Assembly (NCBI GenBank): GCA_964016885.1
Contig: OZ024743.1
Span: 38,440,001 to 38,504,000 of the forward strand
Direction of reading: 5' to 3'
Length of the DNA stretch: 64,000 nucleotides
Origin: Eledone cirrhosa
Taxonomy: Eukaryota
Under the pieces are notes generated by a model. It had not been told where the DNA came from. It ran no database searches and was given only the letters and a program-made list of their open reading frames with translations. Each line of letters opens with the position of its first letter. The stretch's first letter is position 1. A program made the translations under genes and the position numbers. Positions 13,520-26,470 of this stretch are shown here, in pieces.

Positions 13520-14700
13520 AAAAATTGAACGGGAACAAAACAGAGAGGCAGTACGAACAAAGTTTTATTAGTTTCACGCTCTTGAGAGTGGGGTGGTGAT
13601 GGGGAACGACGTTTCGGGCATAAGCCCTTCTTCAGGTGAAAAGTGTGTGGGAAGAGAGTTCCAAGGGTGTGTAGGGGAGTGGTGGAGAGACATATAGAAA
13701 AAAGGGGGTGAGAGGAAACGGTACAAATGAAATTAAAAATAAAGGCATGATCAAAATAAAATTAAAAATACACATGGAGTAAAACAGGTGGTGGATGCGT
13801 GTGGGGTGTGTGGGGGCGTGGAGTGGGGAGAGGGAGACGGGGTGTCCGAGCGGGGAGGGCTGAAGGTGGTGTGTGTGTGTAGCTGTACGTGTGTGTGTGT
13901 GTGTGTGTATGTGAAAGTAAGAGTTGGTAGAATGGGGTTGCATGTTCAGGAAGAGGTGTGTGTGGGGTGGGGTGTGTGTGCGTGTGTGGATAGAGTGGTG
14001 GGGGGAGAGGATTCCGGAGGCTGAATGTGTAAATATGTGGTGGCACGCACGTGTATGTGTGGTGTTTTTGCGTGTTGTGTATGTAGGTGGCATGTGGGGA
14101 AAAAAATGTTTTTGGGTGTATGTCCGATGATGAGTCGTTAAGGTAATTCCGTAGACGGTGTGGTGGAATGCTGAGTAATATCCTTGGGATGTGGTGGATT
14201 CTCGGGATCAAGGTTCATATATGTGTAATCCGTGAAGAGATTGGTCAGAAGAGGGGAGATGTGGGGTGCGTGAGCAACAGGAAGTGGTCAGAGGGTCAAG
14301 GCAGGAGGAGGGTTGGTGTCTGTGTCTGCGGGAGGTGGTGAGAGAGGCATAGCAGCAGTAGGGTAGAATGGTAAGTGAAGAAAGTCGCTGTGTCAGTGTG
14401 TGCGGAGGTGCGGTGGACAGGGGAGAGGATGGGTAGGTGTGAAAGTTGGAGTGAGAAGGGGTGTGTGTGTATTAGTAGAGGTGTTAGTGGGATGTGTGTG
14501 TGTTTGAGAAAGGGTGTGGGGGCCGATGGAGGGGGTGTAGTGTACTGGTGTGTGTGTGCGTGTTTGGATGAGTGTGTGTGTGGTGAAGGGAGTGTTAGTT
14601 GTTGTTAGTATAATGGACGTGGAGAAAGGGTTGAATGCGGGTGTGGGTGGGGGTCAGTGGTGGTAGGGCGTGTAGAGTGGGTGGTGTAAGTGGGTGTGTG
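13520..14700 (-). mobile_element. Probable PLE pLTR / CA-rich remnant with hammerhead core at 13603-13640
   Basis: Minus strand: ttcac CTGAAGA a gggc-ttat-gccc GAAAC GTC, then aataaa downstream; typical of PLE pLTR minimal HHRs. No recognisable RT. Confidence 0.55.
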
Positions 14701-14735
14701 TGTTCGTATATACTTGTATATATACACAAAAACAC

Positions 14736-14791
<56 letters not shown>

Positions 14792-14843
14792 ATATACATA
14801 TTTATATATATATATATATACTTGTATATATACACAAAAACAC

Positions 14844-14943
<100 letters not shown>

Positions 14944-15589
14944 ATTTCTCTGCGTCTGTGGTTATGTGTGTCCTTGTATGTGTGTTTCAATTACTAGTAT
15001 AATATATTGCATGAAATCTAGAATTCGTATAGAGTACATTCCTTGAAAATGGATTAATTCTTTAAACGATAAGATCCAACAATTACACACACACTCTCTC
15101 TCTCTCTAACACACACACACACACCTACGAACACATGTTTTCTTTTAATAATTTGATATATGGGTATGGAATATTCTAGTTGTTTGCGAATACCAATACT
15201 ATTATTACATATAAATCGGATACATTAAGTACCTTTTTTATGTGAACGAAATGTCATTATAAAGATAACTGCAGTGCTTCAACACCTGCGATCACCAATG
15301 AAAGTTAGTATAAATATACGTCGTAAAATATACAGGTACGCTTTGAAGATACTGTGAATATTTGTAGCACTTCGATAGGTGATTTTGAAAGAGTCGTTTA
15401 ATGTTAATAATATACAGACGTTATATTTTAGTTGCTGGAAGTGTCTCTGCTTAGATTCATGTACTGAAATACAATAATACAAGTTAACATCCACTGCATG
15501 ACTTCCCTCCAAAACGTTAAGATATTAAGGAATTCGTACGATAGATATTAAACAGGATATTGAATACTGTTTATATATATACATGTATG

Positions 15590-16010
15590 TAAAAGGTAAA
15601 CAGAAATAACAACACAATCGGTACAGTATATGGTACAGTATAAGGTTAACGCTTGATATAGCAAGAAAGAATGCGGAATAAGATAGATTGAGGGGTCGAG
15701 CGGGGTGGATTGGAAAAAATGTCTTTAGATAAACATAACAGGTCCATTCATGTTGACATATCTAACAAAACAGTTGGTGCTGGCGTTTGTGTATGATTTA
15801 TTTTTTAGAAAAGTTGATGATGGAACGCGTCTATTTGAAATGGAAAAAAAAACGTTTTGTAAAGAGAGCTATACTTGTGCACGTGCGTAAGCATGTGTCT
15901 CTCTCTGTGTGTGTATATGTGTGTTATTATACGTTCGTACGAAGCTAAGAAGGAAAGTTCGTGTATATGTGAGTAAAAGTGTGTGTGTGCATGTAAGTAC
16001 AAAGCTAGTG
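15590..16010 (-). repeat. Dispersed pLTR-like repeat, related to 32920-33270 and 50450-50668
   Basis: Shared aacacaatcggtacagtatat...gcttga.atagca and ataagatagattga...aacaggtccattcat with the 50.5-kb copy, and cgtacgaagctaag with the 33-kb copy. Confidence 0.65.
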
Positions 16011-16039
16011 GATTTTTATTTTAAATCACGTTGAAAAAC

Positions 16040-16125
16040 GTTTAGGATAATTGGCTCACGAACGTGCGGTCTTGAATTCGATTACTGATGACGTGGTATG
16101 TCCTTGAACAAAGCACTTGCTCCGG
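16040..16125 (+). mobile_element. tRNA-derived SINE fragment, family B
   Basis: ttcgatt B-box-like motif followed by tgtccttgaacaaagcactt; similar to 26355-26470. Confidence 0.5.
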
Positions 16126-17001
16126 GACACTAGCACTTAATTATGCTTTGCACTCTCAGGTCTTAAATACTCGCCGTTTGCTATTTTTTCAGATTTTTAC
16201 CCACTCCCACACTGCTTATTAAATTTGGCTACTCTATTTCCGGCAACATTTTATTATAAGTGATGCATTTCGATAGAGCAGCTAAAGAATTTAATGATAA
16301 TTTTATTGTACATTGAAAAAAAAACATTATATATGACAAAAAAGCACATTACAAGAAATCCCATATTTACGAACGTACACTATACAATTAGCGATGACCC
16401 CACATCCCGTTTATTCCAATCCCCTGATATTTTCGCTTATTTTAGGACGATGACGTAGGAATGGATATGTATATAAACCAACGCACAGAAAGCAAAGAAT
16501 ATGTTTCGAGTTGCCATGAGCGGAGCAAGCTTTCTCTCTTTAAGAGCACATAGTCAGTCAACTACTTCTTATATCAGACCTTAATGGTGTTATACATTTT
16601 AACAGAAATGATGTACGCCACTGCATAAAAATGTGTAGATTTTGATTGCTAAACTAAAAGACAGTGTATTACATTGCTCCACGGAGAGGTACAGCGGAAC
16701 TGAATAATACAAAACACCAGTATAAAAAGTACACCATATCTGCTTGATATGGTAGCAATATTTCCATTAATATAAATATAAATATCTTTTAAATAGTAAT
16801 TTTTAATTTATTCACAAGGTCAACAATTTCGGAGGGAAATATCGATTAAATCGATCTTATTATATGATTGAAACTTTATTTTATCGAGCCAGGAAGGCAA
16901 ATTTGACCTCGACGTATTTAATCTCATCCAGATAGAATACTGCTTTTGCTTGACGGTCAAAAACTTTTTCTCAACCGGAGAATCAATGTATTATGAGAAA
17001 A

Positions 17002-17170
17002 TTGTTTCTACTATTGGCACAAGGACAGCAATTACCAGTACATTACTGGTACTTTATTTAATCGACCCCGTAAGGATGAAAGGCAAAGTTAACCTCGGCG
17101 AGATTTGAACACAGAGTGGCAAGGGCCGTAACTCTATGCGTCAAAGCATGGTGTCCGACCCTCTACCGAA
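17002..17170 (-). mobile_element. SINE family A copy (a more decayed copy lies at ~16820-16930)
   Basis: ggtacttttatttaatcgaccccgtaaggatgaaaggcaaagttaacctcggcgagatttgaac-type sequence, the reverse complement of the family A core. Confidence 0.75.
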
Positions 17171-18501
17171 ACAAGTTGGATTAAATAGTGACAAATATGA
17201 AAAAAATACATTGTTATCACTTGGATAAATTTGTACATATCTCTGCAAACATGTCCAACTCCTAACCCCCTCTACTACTACTACTCCTTCTACTACTACA
17301 GCAACTACTACTACTACTACTCAATTTACGTATACAAATACTTCTTATCATTTTAGTCGCTGTCTACACTTAAAATGTAGACATTTACTCTCAAATTCTA
17401 TTTTACATCATAAAGAGAGTTATTCATTCTAATTTTTGTTCTTTTTAATCATCCCATACTACAAGTGTAACTTATATCTCCAGTCCTTAATTAGACGCAG
17501 GGGAACGTTCTCGTTTTAGATAAATATATTAATGGTTCGAGTCGTGTTCTTCAGATTCGATTTCTGTTCAGTCTTTATCCCACAGTTGAGAGAAGAAATA
17601 AAGTAGATATACAATGATGCGGTTTGTCACTTCAGTCGTTGAATACATTTTACAGGGGAAACTTTGCCTCGTTCTATAAATATCAAAAATCAATTATATA
17701 ACTATGGACGTGTTAATTGGATTTTTAGATTTTCGCTGAGTCGAATTTTACTAAGAGCTTACAACAATTTATTTTATTATATACATTTAATCAAGTGAGA
17801 TTATTTTTTTTTTAATAAATAAAACAAACAAATCGACATGTTAACTAGAAAAGTTCGGTTTAAAAGTAGGTTGCAGTAATTACCTTTTAAGATTTGTTTG
17901 AATGTGTTTAAAGACGGTGATAGGAAAACAAATACAAACATGTTTCCCATATTATTTATATTTTTTACTTTGTTGGTCCTTAGTTTTTTTTGGGGGAAAA
18001 ATATACACACACACACACAAAAATTGAGCAGCAACATTTTATCTAAAACTTAAATTAAAACAAATAAAACAATGTAATGTTGTATATATTTTATTTTTGT
18101 TCTGCATTTAATCTTCTTGGTTGATGTTTTTTTTATTTAAATTACCAGAAGTTAAAAACAAGCGTAAAGGAAACGCATGATAACGAATACTTTTTTGTAG
18201 CGGTGCAATGCTTCAGCTTCTTTGAACTTTTATTTTATTTTATTGCATTGGCTTTTGTATTCAAGTTATGTCAAGCATTTACGTTGTAGATATCAAAGAG
18301 AGGGATTTTCTGGTTCATGACAGGATAAGAGAAAATAACTAGCCGTAGTCATTACGGCTCTTTGCGGTCCAATCCTGCAGAGAACACTAGTTTTCATCTC
18401 GTCGGATCTACTCCACTTCTCGCTCCTTCATTCTTTCTCTCGGAGAGTCGTTCATTCATGCGCTTTTCAAACATAATTAACTCTTTTGTTATATATATAT
18501 A

Positions 18502-19003
18502 CGAGGGTAATCCCAAAAGAAAGGTCTCCAAAGCGATGGGAACGCAGAGAAACTGCAATTTTCCCGGTAAAATCCTGTGGATGGTGCATCGGGAAACCTC
18601 AGGAACCTAAATGCAGAGAGCATCCAGAGTGATGCGCCGATCTTTACACATGTTTTCCTCAACCTTTGCGACTGTCTCGTTTTTGACATCCATGAGAACG
18701 TTTTTGACATCCATTGCGAACCCTTTTTGACGACTGTCCATACACTTCCGTCAATTGGCGATGAATTTCAATCGGTTCAATGCCTTTTGCGTTCAAAAAC
18801 CGAATAACTGCGCGAACTACGCACTTGGGGGTAGCGTTCAACGGGAGCTCCATTCTCAATGGCTAGATTGAGCATGCCAGCGAAGCGCGTGCATGCTTGT
18901 TTGGGAGTGAAGGAAACAACAATCACACAGTGTTACCAACAGCCGTACGAACAGTTTCTCTGCGCCCCATCGCTTTGGAGACGTTACTTTTGGGATTGCC
19001 CTC

Positions 19004-19004
<1 letters not shown>
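18502..19004 (-). mobile_element. Internally deleted mariner DNA transposon (MITE-like) with ~55-bp TIRs and TA target site
   Basis: TIRs ta|cgagggtaatcccaaaagaaaggtctccaaagcgatggg... and ...ccatcgctttggagacgttacttttgggattgccctcg|ta. The internal ORF VRAVIRFLNAKGIEPIEIHRQLTEVYG matches the mariner N-terminal HTH. Confidence 0.92.
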
Positions 19005-19048
<44 letters not shown>

Positions 19049-19049
19049 T

Positions 19050-19440
19050 AAAAGGAAAAGAAAATGCTGACAAATTGTTCGTTGTGAAAAATAGTTTAAT
19101 TAGGAATAAGTAAAAATTAGTATATAGTATTGGTTAGTATTCAGTTTTGGTTTTAAGTTTTTACCGGTTGCGCATTTCTAATGCTTTTCAAAAATAATTT
19201 TGAGATAGAGCGCCCGTGATGTTTGCTCTAATCTGATTAGTTTTGGAAATTCTACCTGTTTTATGTGAAAAAAGTGTCTCCAGATGTATTAAAATAAGTT
19301 TCGCGTCAATTCCTGTTGCAAAAATTATTGTGGTCAAAACAATTTTGATTGGCCGGTAGAGGTTATGTGAATGTTAAAAATTGATTTTGCGCCAAATGTA
19401 GGCTTGGCTCGGCTGATTGAGAAGTCACTGAAAAATAAGT
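19050..19440 (-). mobile_element. Decayed PLE 3' end with U3-A8 hammerhead relic (19158-19195)
   Basis: Minus strand: ttt TTGAAAA gcatt-aga-aatgc GCAA ccgg TA aaaa, homologous to the family H3 HHR. The upstream sequence weakly resembles a GIY-YIG C-terminus (LIHLETLF). Confidence 0.5.
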
Positions 19441-19567
19441 CTTTTAACACAAATATGTGTGTGTGTAGTAGTAGTAAAGAGGTTCATTGTTGTGATAATT
19501 GTCAGTAGGGATGTAAGTGTGAATTGCAGTCATGTTGACAGGTCAACAGTTCAGGTGCCTATTGAGA

Positions 19568-19780
<213 letters not shown>

Positions 19781-20441
19781 CAGAGTAATTCGTGGTAGAG
19801 GGATCGGTCAGTAGGAATGTGTCTGTACGTGTGTGGGGGATATTTTAAAATATATTTTTCAGCTCTTGTCTTATACGGAGAAGTGTGTGTGTGTGTGTGT
19901 GTATGTCTATTTGAATGTTAGTGTACGCGTGTGCATGTGTGTGTGTATATATATGTGTGTGTGTGTGTATATGTGTGTATGTGGGCGTGTGTGTAGGTAG
20001 ACCAGTATTTTTGTGATACTGGTAAAAATGGTGTATATTATTCGATATTTTCAGTAAAAACGATTCTCTCAATAGAACATCAAAAACCTTAATAATAAAA
20101 GGTGTGAAATGATATATAGTATTGGCATAAGACCAAGGTGTGGGTGAGTGTCCAGATTGTACGTACTGCAAGGGGAATCCATTAGGCCGTGCCGTATTGT
20201 AATACTTGTGTACAAATATCTATGTGCCCATCAGTGTGCAATGCATGTGTGCGTATATGTATGTGTGTGTGTCGGCACGTTTATATCTATAGACATCAAA
20301 AGGTATGCAAATTTGTGTATATTTGCACCATAGAACATGTGTGTTTACGTATGTCATTGTGTTTATATGTGGATAGAGATGTATGTATGATGTATGCTGA
20401 TGTAGATATGTATGTTGACGTGTGTATGTTGTGGGTTCGTC

Positions 20442-20975
20442 TTAGGGAGAAGTGTTTAGAAGGGGTCCGTATTTGTTAATAAAGTGAGATTCCTTGCTGA
20501 TGCGCTGGGTGTGGGTGGCATTATCTTTAAATTTGTAGAGGGGAAAGATTCTGAAGTTGGGATGATTTTTGGCGGCACATGTATCAATGTGTTCACTCAG
20601 TGGTATTTTCCTGTATTCCCGCATTTTAATTTGGGATCTATGGACAGTCATGCGTTGGCGGAGGCTGTTTTTGGTCTGGCCTATGTATAGTTCTCGACAA
20701 CCTGAGCAAGTTAATACATATATTAGATTTTCTGATGCGCATGTGAAATTGTGTTTTACTATAAAACATTGTCCTTGTTTGAAATAGAATTCCGAACCCT
20801 CTATTAGGTTGATGCATATGCCACAGTTGGGTCTATCGCATTTTTTACTCTGGGTTTCGTTGTTGTGGTTGGCAGTACTTTGGCATGCGTTAGGATGTTT
20901 TTCATTGATTTAGATTCTCTTTTGCTCTTTATGATATCGTGTGTTCGTAGGATTTGTTCATTGTATGGTCCTTTT
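20442..20975 (-). mobile_element. PLE fragment of a second clade: Cys-rich linker plus GIY-YIG endonuclease
   Basis: With one frameshift: ...KCDRPNCGICINLIEG...HNFTCASENLIYVLTCSGCRELYIGQTKNSLRQRMTVHRSQI...KESHFINKYGPLLN. Confidence 0.9.
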
Positions 20976-20981
20976 TTAACA

Positions 20982-21056
<75 letters not shown>

Positions 21057-21103
21057 GTGATATAAAGGAGAACAAACCGTTAAAACATGTTTATTTAAAA
21101 CAG

Positions 21104-21144
21104 CACCTACGTACGTTTCGCCCGAAAGGGCTTCTCAAAGGCAT
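21104..21144 (-). ncRNA. Hammerhead motif, U3-A8 variant
   Basis: Minus strand: atgcct TTGAGAA gccc-tttc-gggc GAAA cgtacg TA ggtg; perfect stem II, palindromic stem III, imperfect stem I. Confidence 0.6.
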
Positions 21145-21411
21145 AAAATACTAAAGAGTGTTCCTTATGTGACCCAGAATGGGTTTTAAATATAAGTTCA
21201 CATCACAGTTCATTCTTCGTAAACCACGTGTATTGATTTTGCAGTAGAACAGCAGTGTTCCCCAAGGTATTTATTACCCATTACTACTTTGTGGGTACTG
21301 CTTATATATATGTATACAGTATATATATATATATCTACGTTTGCCATTCTTCTTTGCAATTGTGATCAAATCCTTTGCAAGTGACCTTTCATTAGATGCT
21401 GTTACTCTTTT

Positions 21412-21528
<117 letters not shown>

Positions 21529-24500
21529 CCTCTTCTCCAGCCGAGTTTACACTAGCAAATACCGTATATATATTCTGCAATGTTACTTGCTTCTTCTGAG
21601 GTTTAACAAAAACATTAAATCGAATAAGTTAGAAAAGTAAGAATTCACCTGAAATATATTTGAGATAATTATATTTGCGTTCCACATATTTAACACATTT
21701 ACATTCTGAAGATCCTTGCACGTTGAAAAGCATAAACTTGTTATATTATTTATTTAGCCTTCGATCCCCCTTGGCCGTTTGGCTGATCGGTGAACAATTA
21801 TTTACGTAAATAATTAATTTTGTAATAATTCTTTTTTACTTAATTTTATTATGGATGTGATTGAAAAATTCATAAGGTGAAACATATGGACGCTCATTCA
21901 TTAAGATTATATAATAAATAATTCTGCTTGTACAAAATGATTAATTATTTATGAGGTATGTCTAAAATATCCTTTAAAATATCATACAGACATTAAAAGA
22001 ACAGTAACTGAAGGGTATCGTATGTATGTGTATCTTAATAATCGACATTTAGAAAGATAATTAAATATACTATCACTTAATATAGCTGATACATATGTTA
22101 TCTACTTCCAAATGGATAACTCTTGCTTTTGTTATTGATTACCACTTTGGTTTTTATAGTCTTTCAATCGTTATACAGATAATAGAGTTAATAAGGCAGA
22201 ATAACCATTGATTAGTTTTACTTGTTTACAATTATGTCGTGTAATTGATGAATGAAAGAAAAAAGGATTTAACACGTCATGGTGTATATCTTAAAGGATA
22301 TAAAATATTGGTAAATGGTATCATATTTACATTTCAGGGGACGTATTCGTTGTCTATTCTAAAGGTCTTAATAAATTCCGTATAAATGTTCTTCTTTATA
22401 CTATACCGTTGCTGTAACTGTCCAACCTGTCTTCAAGTTCCTTCATATATGGTAAGTGTGTGGACATGTCACCAATGATATCAAACATACTCGATGTGGT
22501 TAAATGAATTGTCCTCCAATCTACATCATATATGAGAGATATAAACCTATGTAGCCTATAGTTCTTTTTAAACAAAACCTCCTTTTCAGTGAAGCCGTCG
22601 AATTCTGTATTAGGTAAGTACAAGAATATTAGCTTAAGCAATTATTGCTGAAATACGGACAAAAACTGAATCATAATGCCCGTCTTCTCTTTTGAGAAAT
22701 AAAACATTCTTCAGATCCAGGATTACCGCTAACTAAGGTGAAAATAGATTTTTGCTCCCACTTCCTACCCTTTCGTTCCTCCTTCTCTAGGCAACTATAT
22801 TGTATCTATTCAAACCGACAGCGAAATAACCACTGCGCTATCTCGTACTGAGAACTTTGATCTACTGAAATAGATATATAGTATTATGAATATTCAAGAA
22901 TAAAATTAACTACAACTATTTCAGTGGCTCAAAGCAGAAGGAGGTGTGTATACAGTATAATGTAGCCCCGGTTACATTATTATTTACAAAAAAAAGGACG
23001 TTCAAAGCTCGAATGGATTTTCTCATAGGTGTGCTAAATCTTGGTTGACCTGAGATGTAGAAAAGAACAACTGGATAGTCAGCATCTGTTCTATCAAGCT
23101 TGATCTGGAGCTATGTAACAAAACTTAATATATATGTTGAGGTAGAAGTATTTGGGTATTCATTCTTTTTTACATATTTCTGGTGTCATAAATAATAAAG
23201 ACTATACAGCAGATGGAATCATGTTCGATAACTCGACAAATATACTTAATGTACCTTTGATTTTTTTTTTTGGCAGAATTCTCTCACAAAATTACTACCC
23301 AGTTGTAATATCCTAATATCCGAATATAACTCTCTCAGCTTACGTTAACAGATACATTAAAATATAGCTTTTCTAGCGTTACAGTATTACAAAATGGATT
23401 AGATAAGAATTACAACATTCATATATGTATATATATATATATGTGTGTTTGTGTGTGTGTGTGCGTTTTCGTGTGTATGTAGGTGTGTGCATTTGTGTGT
23501 ATATATGTGTGTGTGTGTGTGCGTGTGTGTGTGTGTATAATCTAAGTTAACTGCATTGCTATAACAACATGCATTCATCAGTCATCCATATTTTCTTTTT
23601 CTCTTTCTCATACAAATTTACTTTTCTTTACGATACATTTTCGGTGTTGTTAGTTTGGCTTCTTTTACTGTCTTTTATTTCGGAACAATGCAGCTGTGTT
23701 TGAGGAAAATCATATCATCTTTAGTATTATGGATATTGTACTAAACAAATAGACTTTATACGTCTCATCCTATATGAGGATCATGGAGGAAAAATGATAA
23801 TCAGCCAAGCGTTTAGATTATATCACGTTGTTATACGGATGAAAAATAAAATAACTAGAGGCTTCCTACTTCATTGAAGAATGAAATGCAATAGATTATT
23901 TTTGCTCTAAGAAACCTACCTTGTTGATGGAGAAGAAAAGTTGTGTAACCACAAATTGTAATGTATGTCTCTGCGCACACGCATACATACAGACACAAAT
24001 ATATATATATATGTGCACATATGTGTATTAATATGTATATTAATAATAATAATAATAAGAAGAAGAAGAATTAGAAGAGGCGTAGGAGGAGAGAAAAGAT
24101 GGGGAGAAGTATGGTCTTTCATCAGCTAGAGGCTGTGTCACTGTCTTTACTTTCCAACTTGTCTCCTTCATGTTAGATTCAACGTGTGTTCATTTGCAAT
24201 TTCTTTTCTTTAGAGTTTTCAGTATGAGTGTTTTAGCTTGTGGTTAATGCTCATTTTGTTATATATATTTTCGGTCTTCCTTTTATTTTGGTGAAAATGA
24301 GAATATATACAAAATACATAGTTTATCTATCGTTATCGTTAGTTATGTTGCTTCAGAATGTTGTAAATTATAGTTATTGAAATCATATCTGTTTAACAAA
24401 AATGGTGGACACCTTTATTATATTATAGCTTGCTGATTCATTCAAGTTTGTAAAATTGGAAGGATTCCTAGTAAATAGCGTGCTGATATTCACGAATGGC

Positions 24501-24784
24501 TTAGTGTGTTGCCTCATTTGGAGTAGCCTCTCGTATTTTACCTCAATTGAAATGGACTTGGAATTAAATGATTAAAGGTATGAGAATATGAAGCAGACAT
24601 TTTGAAATGAGGTGAAATGGCCTAATAACTTTAGGTTTGTTTCTAGCTCGTTTCATTAACTGGCATATTTAAACGCAAAGACATATGGGATTGAAGCGTT
24701 TACCAATGGATTATTCTGGGAATACTTTGGTATATTTATGGTAGCATTTTTGTCCAGATTTTAGGGCTACGTTTTATATAATAT

Positions 24785-25470
24785 AAAGGGTATCCGTAAA
24801 ATCTGGACAAATAACTAAACTTTAAATTTTCAATAAATAATTCAACAAAATTTCATTTAAATAAAATATTAATAAATAACATCCTCATTGTGATTTATAA
24901 CATTTGAGTTGCAAATTTCAATGCACTTTGTGAGATTCACGTGTACCGTATGGATCAACTTCTCATTTCTGTCAATTTGAGCATATACTTTCATGATGCG
25001 TTCCTTCAGGTGTCTCGTATCTGATTTTCATTGAGTACGCATTCTCTTTTTGCATACACCAAACATTATACCAATGGATCTATCGTCTGGTGAACGAGGA
25101 GTTAATTCCACTTGATCAGCACTTCCAATCAAGTTAGAGAAATTGCCATTCAGAAAATCTAGAACCATTGTAGTGAAACAACGCAAGGGCACCATCCTGT
25201 TGAAACCATGAGGGAGCCCATTACTTAGTCTTTGAAGTTAGGGATTAAACGGGTCTCTCAACACAGTGAGGTATGTCTCACCTCTTATATGATCATTTAA
25301 GAAAACTGGCCCTAACACGTTAGCTTTCCAAAAACTACATAACAACCTAATCATTTGCGCTCCGTCCTCTTTGGAATGGATCACACAATGCGCTTTCTTT
25401 TGTGACAATTATCGAATATTCTCTCAGTTAACCTCAGTATTCTCATTAAATGAAATGAACATTGAACATC
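24785..25470 (-). mobile_element. Tc1/mariner-superfamily transposase relic
   Basis: Minus-strand motifs WFQQDGA (~25190-25208), LIGS, TPRSPD (WPPRSPDL-like, ~25090) and GPVF; possible TIR aagggtatcc at ~24787. Confidence 0.7.
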
Positions 25471-25814
25471 ACAATAAACTAGATGTTTCCATCTAATTGA
25501 TTGGAAAAGCATTATAGTTAGTTATAAATAGCGATATTGCATCTCTCCCTCTCGCTGTCTGTCTGTCTCTCTCTCTCTGTCTGTCTCTCTCTCTATCTAT
25601 CTGTCTCTCTCTCTCTCTCTCTATCTCTTTATATATATATGTGTGTGTATGTGTGTGTACGTGTCTGTATGCGTGAATATGTGTGTATGTGTGTGTGCGC
25701 GCGTGTTTCTGTGTCTCTGTGAGTGTCTATGAAGATCCATTTATGGTTCTGTATATTATACAACTGAATGTTGCAATATAATTGTTTATAATACATATAT
25801 GTTGCATTATCGTT

Positions 25815-25955
25815 AGCGTTATAGCTCTTTACGATCTGGGTTCAAATCCCGCCAAGATTGATTTGCCTTTCACCCTTTGGCTTCGATAAAATAAAGAACC
25901 AGTAATGCCCTGGGATAATTGGTGGCCTTGTTCCAAAAGTAGAAACAATTATTAG
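25815..25955 (+). mobile_element. SINE family A copy
   Basis: gggttcaaatcccgcc...tttgcctttcaccc...cgataaaataaagaaccag...ggccttgttccaaaagtagaaacaattatt. Confidence 0.7.
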
Positions 25956-26354
25956 TAATATACCGGGATGAGTTAGGTTGGGTAATCGTTAGCATTTGGG
26001 ATATTTTGTGGCGGGTGGGTAGCACTGATTTGCCCGCTTATTAATTGTTTAATGTTATCGATATCAATCTTTGGTTCTGACCATAATCAATTTATGGGAT
26101 ATATCAATAGTTTTGATGTCTTTATTTGGTGATATAATGATTTCTAAATCTTTGATGATATTGAAATATTGTTGATTACCATGATGAATTTGGTCAACTT
26201 CTGCCTCCCCACTACCGAATTCAATAGAGATATACTCTGAAACTGGTCGCCCCTGTTGGTATTCAGTACTACAATGTGTGGCCAGCTGTTGCAGGAACAT
26301 ATATTACATGAAGCACCTCGTAAAATGTTGATTTCGTCAACCTATTAATATGCA

Positions 26355-26470
26355 TGTGGCTGATTGGTTAGACAACTGCATTTAAAATCGTGAGGTTGTC
26401 AGTTCGATACCTGGACCAGGCGATGCGTTATGTACTTGAACAAGACACTTTATTTTCACGTTGCTCTTTC
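26355..26470 (+). mobile_element. tRNA-derived SINE, family B
   Basis: A box gtggctgattgg, B box agttcgatacc, then tgtacttgaacaagacacttta. Weaker copies at ~10000-10095 and ~62070-62170. Confidence 0.65.

Noticed and set aside
26064-26300. 78-aa complex ORF
   Set aside because: No recognisable motif and no supporting splice context.
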